A DNA stretch of 63,857 nucleotides, filler included, from Paramecium tetraurelia (lineage: Eukaryota), in the NCBI GenBank assembly GCA_000165425.1. It is 7 parts of 5 records of this genome, joined end to end, with 100 filler letters (N's around TTAATTAATTAA, not from the genome) between each part and the next. Parts side by side here need not be neighbours in the genome. Positions count along the whole stretch, not along the records: positions 55,168 to 58,207 come from CT868097.1; positions 58,308 to 59,379 come from CT868098.1; positions 59,480 to 62,697 come from CT868098.1; positions 62,798 to 63,857 come from CT868098.1; 3 more parts are not named here. One strand, written 5' to 3'. A program made the translations under genes and the position numbers. Positions 55,168 through 63,857 of the stretch are shown here, piece by piece (position 1 is the first letter of the stretch; each line of letters begins with the position of its first letter). The notes under the pieces were generated by a model. The model did no database searches and had not been told where the DNA came from. It saw nothing but the letters and a program-made list of their open reading frames with translations.

Positions 55168-55911
55168 GGACCCCCGTGACTCGAATCGCTTACGCTACCG
55201 CACTACTAATTATTTATTTTATTCCATTTCTTACATATCATCTATGAAATACGAGGCAAAATAAGTAGCAATTTATTTGACCTTATTATTTTTATAACAA
55301 GTCCATAACTCCAAGTTTGGTCTCCCTTTTTCATACAAATGAAATTTGTCATAAGACAGTGAAAATGTAATTATAACATCATAACCTCTAATGTTGTTAA
55401 CGGATGAGTATGAGTGATGATAGTTTTTATTGTCCCAAATACTATTAAGAACATAAGATAGATCATATTGATGGATAATGCATTTGTTTCCTGTATAATT
55501 GATTGTGAGTTCACTGGAAATCAAAGATTCAAAATCAGGTATTACCAAATCAGTTACCTTGTCAGTTTTAACCTACAAGAAATATATTTGAGTGGATTTT
55601 TCAGATCTTAGCATTTAATTAATTCCTATTACTTCAGAATCCCCAGAAAATGAAATTTTAGTTTCTCTATGAATGCTTGTACCAAACCGTTCATTACGTA
55701 TTGATTATGAACTTTCAAGATCCCATATTTAGAGAAACAATTAAGTGCATTAGATCCAATAAATCATGGCAACATATTTTCCATTGTTTGAGATTTAAAT
55801 AGCTGCCACCATAAGACCCTTTTTTTCCTATTCATTAATTGGGACTACTAATACTTTACCTTCAAGAAAAAGATTTATCTCATCTTTTCTGTTGCTTTAT
55901 TTTCCTCCCAT
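55168..55911 (-). CDS. WD40-like beta-propeller protein with MGxxxS N-myristoylation motif; 3' truncated by scaffold end
   Basis: Open code-6 frame from MGGKQSNRK..; AIQISNNGKYVAMI..LQIWDLES..KISFSGDSEVIGI. It includes ORF-track entry 55273-55548. Confidence 0.6.
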
Positions 55912-56560
55912 TGTCTGATTTAATTTGTGATTGAGAATTTAAGATGATTACATCCGACAATATCAGAGATCTCAACGTTTATCAATTATCTTTTGTAATA
56001 TTATGGTTAATCTTAGATTTATAAGATTATCAACATAAGATCACGAAATATAAGGTCTAAGAAAAATTTAATTGATTATACGATAAGAAATAATGAAAAA
56101 TGACATTTTTTTAATACAATTATGAGTTTATATTTGATTGATACAGATGATAATGGCATAATGTTCCAAGAAAACTGATTAGTAATTTTGGTAAATTTCT
56201 TAATAGCCTATCTTAATAAGTTCTATTTACTCTTCAATCATAGTGAAGAAATTCTTATGGCTAACCAACCCATAAATTACATTTATCTATTATGACTCAA
56301 TTTTCTCAAACTCTTCTATAAACAATAATTTATTAGCTTGCATCTGGCAACCTTATGTCAATCTCAAAAAGCGTTATTTATCTAATCTTTATCGAATTAT
56401 GGCAACTAATTGAAAATAGCTGAGCCTATACTCATTTTATCAATTTGATCAAAGATTATGAATAGAAAAACTAATAGTTATTTATTCAATATTAAATAAT
56501 TGTAATTTTGATACTAAACTTAGTATTCTGATTATTAATTTGAATTTTGAATTTATTAAC

Positions 56561-58060
56561 TCAAAGTATTACCTCTTTTTAGCCAAATGATTTTGCAATT
56601 CCATTTGAATACTCTCTTTTGTATATTATTTTACACTGACCTAGCCAAGAATCGTTAAATTTTTCATCTAATTCAATCCATTAACCAAATTTTCTGCCCT
56701 ACTCATCATAGCAACCACCTCCACTTATTTTTATTTCAAATATAATTACATCACATTATATTAATATGTAATATCCCATCTTCCTTACTTAATTTCATTA
56801 GAATAAATGCCTGAATATGTGACTACACAATTGCTTAAAATATTAACAAATAAATTAAACTTATTAAAATTTTCATGTAAATCAATCCATTATCCATTCT
56901 TTTTTCCTCCTTAATTATAATCACCTCCTCCACTTAATTATTTTATTTATTTTTTTTTTACATCACTTATTCTTCATTCAAAATATCCCATCTTCCTGAT
57001 TTTATTCCTAACTGATATTCACCTGTAAAAGTTATTAAACAAACTCTTAACGAACTAGAGCAAATAAATACTTATTATAATTTTCAGCCAACTCAATCCA
57101 TTTACCAGTCTTAATTTCATCTTGATTATATAAACCTCCTCCTCTGAAATATTTAATTATCTTACATAGCTTTCTCATCATATATAGTATCCCATATTCC
57201 TACTTTCAATCCTTTATAATATCCACCTCTAAATTTTACCTACATCCAACTTTTAAATTATTATGATTATCTTAGTACTTCCAGAATTATTCATGTATAT
57301 CAATCCAATTTCCTTTTTTCTAACCATTTTTATCATATAAACCTCCTCCACTAATAATTTGAATACCAAACTTACATTTCTGTAAATTAATTGGCTTAAT
57401 TCCATCTATACAGTGTTTACCATTGCCCAATTTTCCTTCCACCTTAATACATTCCTACATAAATAACTTAGGATTGACTGAAGTACTTAGAGACATAACA
57501 TTACCTATAAAAGTTATCCATCAATTCAATCCATTTTCCTGTCTTTACTCCATCATTGTTATAATCTCCTCCACCACTTTTGCAAATAGGCTAAAATATT
57601 TTACATTCTTTAATTTTCAAAGAGGATATCCCACTTTCCTTATTTCTATCCATCTTCATATAATCCATTATATTTTCCAATAAGATTACTAATGTTAAGG
57701 TATTATATCAGATTAAACATACATTCCGTAATTTGAAGGTAGCTCATCCCACTTTCCATGCTTTTTTCCTTTTTCATTATACTCTCCTCCTCCACTGATT
57801 TATAAGGGTGAGAAATTTACACAATTTGATATTCCGTTTATGAATGCTCTCTATACATAGCAATCCATTAATCGTATTTTTATCCGTATCTATATTAGCC
57901 AACATAAATGACTTAAGAAAAGCTTATGGATAAAGATTACTTTATACTCACTAAATTTTGCTTGATGTTCAATCCATTTTCCATTTTTTATGCCTTATTA
58001 ATAGTAACATCCACCTCCACTAATAGAATTGAGAATTTAAATACATTAATTTATTGTTGA
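56561..58060 (-). CDS. 3' part of a second MORN-variant repeat gene (same family as 16514-24580)
   Basis: Reverse strand shows repeated GGGxY..GxKxGxWxEL..YxGxY..KxGxW units, each preceded by a tiny intron ending in AG before GG(A/T). It ends EYSNGIAKSFGQKEVIL-TGA (56563-56561). The 5' part is missing. Confidence 0.8.
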
Positions 58061-59641
58061 AAATAGTATAAAATATTAAAAATTTTTTATAATGATACTA
58101 TTATACTATGTGAGTGGTTTGACTATGTATGAGTGTTGGGACTTTAAGACAAATTTTGAGTTTGTTTGTTATATTTACTTTGTTGTGTTTGGACTTGTGT
58201 TAGTACTNNNNNNNNNNNNNNNNNNNNNNNNNNNNNNNNNNNNNNNNNNNNTTAATTAATTAANNNNNNNNNNNNNNNNNNNNNNNNNNNNNNNNNNNNN
58301 NNNNNNNAAGTAGCTAGTTAGGATATAATGTGGAAGATTTTTAAAACACTAAAAAGTAAATGCTTTTCAGGTAAATATCGCAAATTTATCTTCATATATG
58401 CCACTTTGATGAAACTTTCCTAAAGGAATAGATTAATTAATGTAATAAAGGCCGGTTAACTTTCATCGATTATGTTTCTTCATTAATTTTAATTATATGA
58501 TCTACTAGGAATTCGTGATCGGAATTAGTAATTCATTACTGATTTATTAGGATGATTTAAGACTTATGTAAATTTGATGATTATTTAAATTGAGAGATTT
58601 AAGTTATAAGGGCTTTTTCTAGATTTGAGATGGTGGCAAAGGATAATTTTTAAAAAAACAAATTTAATCATCTATTTCTGTAATTTAGTTGTATTTATTC
58701 ATTATTTGGAAATAGTGAATAAAAAAGTTTTTAATTGATCTTTTAATTTCAAATGAAAAAAGTTTAAATTTTTGAATACTGTTGGTGTAGCTTGATTAAT
58801 AATACATTTAGGAGGGTATAGAACTATCCACGAAGCTATTGCCAAAAGCAAAATCTGATAAAATAAGGAAAATAAAGAATTCATTAAAATGTTGGTAATA
58901 AGGTTCATTTGTTCTTCAATCTATAACTGATATATGTCATAGTCAATATTCCTTATTCAATAATTTTCTTTTACTAATTAGTTATTTTAATCTAATTCCA
59001 TACTTTTTTTGCTTTATCTCTCTATGAATAAAATTTAAAAAAAAGGTTCTTTCTTACTCTCTTTAAGTAGAATCATATCTCATCTCATCTCATGGGATTT
59101 ATTTAACAGTATTAGTTCCCCCAATAATTTTTAATTTCAATTCTTAAAATAGGAAAAATATTTCACTATTTTGTTAGTGTGTTAAAAAGAGGTCCAAATT
59201 TATCCATCTATATACATTTTATTAATAAAGTTTCACCTCCCTATATCAAAGTAACATACTTTAGAAATTTAAGAATAATAAATTTGAAAACTTTTCATAT
59301 TTTTGCACACTCATCAATTTTTGAACTATTATGCATCATAAATCGTACCAAAAATTTTAGTTATTCGCTCTCAAATAGTNNNNNNNNNNNNNNNNNNNNN
59401 NNNNNNNNNNNNNNNNNNNNNNNTTAATTAATTAANNNNNNNNNNNNNNNNNNNNNNNNNNNNNNNNNNNNNNNNNNNNACCTAAATTAGGGACTATTGA
59501 AGGTTTTCTGTGTTTCCATAAATACTGTTAAATACTTGAACTATTAATTTTGATTATGAAAGAAAATATTATAATAATGAACGGGGTGATGTTTATGATG
59601 ATATATAAAATAAAAATTAATAGAAAATGTAATAATAAATA

Positions 59642-62600
59642 ATGGATACAGTAAATGCAGATGAGTGTCTGAACCGAGGTATATCATCTAGATAAATATA
59701 ATTAGGAGTTTTATTTAAACAACAAGGAGAAAATGAAAAAGCACTCCAAGACTATAACAAGGCCATCATATTAAATCCAAAGTCTGCTATTGCATATTAT
59801 AACCGAGGTATATCATCTAGTTTTATAGGTAGGAATATTATTTTGTGAAAAAGGAGAAAAAGAAAAAGCACTAAAAGACTACAACATGGCAATCAAATTA
59901 AATCCAAATTATGATATTGCGTATTATAACCGAGGTATACCAACTAGTTTTATATGTAGGAGTTTTATTTGGTGAACAAGGAGAAAAGGATAAAGCAATC
60001 CAAGACTACAACACTGTCATCAAACTAAATGAAAATAATACTAATGCGTATATCAACCGAGGTATATCAACTAGTTATTTAATTAGGAATTTTATTTAAA
60101 CAACTAGGAGAACATGAAAAAGCACTCCAAGACTACAATATGGCCATCAAATTAAATCCTAATGATGCTGATGCGTTTAATAATCTAGGTATATCATATA
60201 ATTATATAATTAGGAAATCTATTAGATGATTAAGGTCAAAAAGATAAAGCACTCCAAAACTTCAACACAGCCATTAAATTAAATCCAAATGATGCTACCG
60301 CATATTACAATCGAGGTATATTACATAGGTTTATAATTAGGAGTGGTATTTAAATAAAAAGGAGAAAAAGAAAAAGCGCTCGAAGACTTCAACATGGCCA
60401 TCAAATTTGATTCAAATTATATTGATGCATATATAAATCGAGGTATATCATTTGGTTACATAATTAGGAGTATTATTTAAACAACAAGGAGAAAAAGAAA
60501 AAGCACTCCACGACTATAACTTGGCGATCAAATTAAATCCAAATTATGCAACTGCATATTACAACCGAGGTATATTACATAGGTTTATAATTAGGAGTGG
60601 TATTTAAATAAAAAGGAGAAAAATAAAAAGCGCTCGAAGACTTCAACATGGCCATCAAATTTGATTCAAATTATATTGATGCATATATAAATCGAGGTAT
60701 ATCATTTGGTTACATAATTAGGAGTTTTATTTAAACAACAAGGAGAAAAAGAAAAAGCACTCAAAGACTATAACACTGCCATCAAACTAAATAGAAATTA
60801 TGCTGATGCATATATCAACCGAGGTTGATCATCTAGCTATATAATTAGGAGTTTTATTTAAACAACTAGGAGAAACCAAAAAAGCACTCCAAGACTACAA
60901 CTAGGCGATCAGATTAAATCCACAATATGCTATTGGGTATTATAACCGAGGTATATCTCCCGGAATTATAGTTAGGAGTTTTATTTTGTGAACTTGGAGA
61001 AAAATAAAAAGCACTACAAGACTTCAAAAATGTTATAAGATTAAATCCGAACTATGCTACTGCCTATTAAAACAGAGGTATATTATCGAGTTTTAAAATT
61101 AGGAGTTTTATATGGTGAACAAGGAGAAATTGAAAACGCACTCAAAGACTTCGATATGGCCATCAAATTAAATCCAAATTACGCTACTGCATATTAAAAC
61201 CGAGGTATATTATCAAATTTAAAAATTAGGTGTTTTATTTGGTGAACAAGGATAAATTGAAAACGCGCTCACAGACTTCGACATCGCCATCAAATTAAAT
61301 CCAACTTACGCTTCTGCATATTAAAACCGAGGTATATCATCAAGATATATAATTAGGAAATCTTTTTGATAAAAAAGGAGAAAAAGACAAAGCTCTCCAA
61401 GACTACAACATGGCAATCAAATTAAATCCAAATTATGATATTGCGTATTATACTCGAGGTATATCATCTGGTTATATAATTAGGATTAATATTTAAACAA
61501 CAAGGAGAAAAAGTATAGGCACTCCAAGACTTCGATAAGGCAATATAATTAAATCTAAATTATGCTACTGCATATTATAATAGAGGTATATCATTTATTT
61601 TTATAGTCAGGAGTTTTATATGGTGAACAAGGAGAAATAGAAAAAGCACTCTAAGACTTTAATATGGCCATAAAATTAAATCCAAATTATGATACTGCTT
61701 ATTAAAACCGAGGTATATCATCTAGTTTTATATAAGGTGTTTTATATAAACAGCAAGGAGAAAAAGAAAAAGCATTCTAAGATTACAACATGGCCATCAA
61801 ATTAAATCCAAATTATGCTACTGCTTATTAAAATCGAGGTAAATAATCTAGTTCTAGAAAAGGTGTTTTATATAAACAACAAGGAGAAAAAGAAAAAGCT
61901 CTCTAAGACTACCACACAGCCATCAAATTAAATCCAAATTTTGCTACTGCATATTATAACCGAGGTATGCCATTTTGTTAAAAAATTAGGAGTATTATTT
62001 GGTGAACAAGGAGAAAAAGAAAAAGCACTCCAAGACTACAACGAAGCCATCTAATTAAATCCAAATTACGCAACTGCTTATATGAACCGAGGTATATCAT
62101 CTAATTTTATAGGTAGGAGTTATATACGGAGAACAAGGCGAAATAGAAAAAGCCCTCCAAGATTACAACAAGGCCATCAAATAAAATCCAAAATACGCTG
62201 CTGCATATTATAACCGAGGTATGGCATCTAGTCAAATAATTAGGAAATCTATTTGATGAAAGAGGGGAAAAAGAAGATGCACTCAAAGACTACAATATAG
62301 TTATCTTCTTAAATCCAAATGATGCTGATGCATATATCAACCGAGGTATATCATATAGTTTTAAAGTTAGGAGCTTTATTTGGCGAAATAGGAGAAAAGG
62401 AAAAAGCACTCCAAGACTTCAACTAGGCCATCAAATTAAATCCAAATTATGCTACTGCATATTATAACCGAGGTATGATGTCTAGTTATTTAATTAGGAG
62501 TATTAATCCGTGAAAATGGAGAAAAAGAAAAAGCACTCCAAGACTACAACATGGCCATCTAATTAAACCGAAATTATTCTACTGCATATTATAACCGAGG

Positions 62601-62697
62601 TCTATCACTTAGATATATCATAAGGGGTTTTATTAGATGAACAAGGAGAAAAGGAAAAAGCACTCTAAGATTTCAACATGGCCATCCGATCCTACCA
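59642..62697 (+). CDS. Tetratricopeptide-repeat protein with about 24 TPR exons of 102 nt; 3' end truncated by gap
   Basis: MDTVNADECLNRG followed by consensus VLFKQQGEKEKALQDYNMAIKLNPNYATAYYNRG. An example exon is 59706-59807 (102 nt). Introns are phase 1, 24-27 nt, within the Gly codon; the period is about 127 nt. Confidence 0.92.
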
Positions 62698-62799
62698 NNN
62701 NNNNNNNNNNNNNNNNNNNNNNNNNNNNNNNNNNNNNNNNNTTAATTAATTAANNNNNNNNNNNNNNNNNNNNNNNNNNNNNNNNNNNNNNNNNNNNAC

Positions 62800-63291
62800 A
62801 TAATTAATGCTGCTTTTGATTTTGGATTTGAATATTATAAAGAGCATAAATTTACTACAAGATTAAAAAAAATAAATAATATTTTAAAATGCAGTTCTAT
62901 AGTTCCTGGCCAGTTATAAACAGAGGTACAAATTGCAAGCATAGAATTAAGTAAAATTTTATAATCAAATTTGATTGATAGACCAAAATCAAGATTTAGG
63001 AAATTTGTAGATTTATTGTTGCAAGAAGAAGATAAATAATTCAGATATAATATTTACTGGTCAGCAGGCACTGAGGATGCATTGATTATTTTAAATTATT
63101 TGGAAGCAAATAGTGATATGATAATATATGAAATATTTAGCAAAAAAGTAGATTTATGGTAGATAATTATCTAAGCAATTACAGAATAAAATGAATTATC
63201 TATCAATATTTAGATATAATAACAAGGTAACTAAAGTGAAAATCAAATTTAAGAAAGAAATCCACACCTTTCAATTTGTGTTGTTTAATGA
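62800..63291 (+). CDS. 3' part of a hypothetical protein ending in a CaaX prenylation motif (CVVQ)
   Basis: A 164-codon open code-6 frame IINAAFDFGFEYYKEH...NPHLSICVVQ-TGA. Confidence 0.6.
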
Positions 63292-63857
63292 CAATATAAA
63301 TATGCAATAAAATAGATTTAAAAAATTAAAATTATTTATAATTAAATGATTACTTACACCCTTTTTTTGTTAGATTTTCGAGTATTAATCTTTTGAATAT
63401 ATTTGTCTCATTTTTCTTAACTTCTCCAAAAATGGACATCAATTTGAAAGTTATTATGCAATATATATCAACAAAATTATTTCAAAATATTTGGTTTAAA
63501 AAAATACAATAGTATTCTGTGTAAATAATAGGAAAAAAGGATTATTGATAATTCTTACAAATATTTCGATTATTTTTTAATTATAAACTAAAAAATAAAT
63601 TTCGACGTCCTTACATGATTGGTCCCTCGGATAGCTTACTCCTTGCAGAAGAAGGCAAAGAATCCAAATCCCTACAGGAAGACCTTCATACCTAAATTCC
63701 TGATTTTTGTTGCTAGCCCACTAGTTACGTTTACTTTTTAAGTAAACCTAGGTAATTTACTGAGCTAAATGATCATATTAATTTTGACTTTCCTTTGCTC
63801 TTTTTTGTTTTGGAGATCATCAACGCTTGTCAGCTTAGGCAAGTTGTTTTGTGGGGG

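Noticed and set aside
58095..58207. G/T-rich scaffold end as a telomere addition site
   Set aside because: There are no TT(T/G)GGG repeats; it looks like low-quality read tail, as at 53740-53930 and 55168-55205.
59679..62697. Regular 127-nt repeat/spacer pattern as a CRISPR array or satellite
   Set aside because: The units are coding TPR exons plus GT..AG introns in a eukaryotic genome, with no cas genes.
63600..63857. More G/C-rich minus-strand open frame with FCKEQ..NHV, possible LINE 3' zinc finger
   Set aside because: Too short at the window edge, with no diagnostic RT motif.

Overview
This is AT-rich ciliate nuclear DNA, almost certainly Paramecium. Long genes open only with TAA/TAG read as Gln and TGA as the sole stop, and they carry tiny 23-32 nt GT..AG introns, so the supplied standard-code ORF track is largely uninformative. 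The window is a concatenation of about 7 unlinked scaffolds joined by artificial N44-TTAATTAATTAA-N44 linkers: 1-13577, 13678-34658, 34759-55067, 55168-58207, 58308-59379, 59480-62697 and 62798-63857. Recognisable genes are an arrestin-fold gene, two MORN-variant repeat genes (one about 8 kb) with mostly one repeat per exon, a large Cys-rich multi-TM surface-protein gene plus a decayed paralog, a WD40 gene, a TPR array of 102-nt exons, and a decayed non-LTR retrotransposon. There is also much degraded, germline-like DNA. Two leads stand out. (1) Two decayed tracts show motif order and spacing resembling the L protein (RdRp) of non-segmented-type negative-strand RNA viruses, making them candidate endogenous viral elements; one shares a scaffold with a LINE reverse transcriptase. 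(2) The exon-modular repeat arrays show signs of recent shuffling, and TPR variation is concentrated at ligand-binding positions, suggesting a diversifying receptor repertoire. Both leads come from manual translation and need HMM or structure searches.
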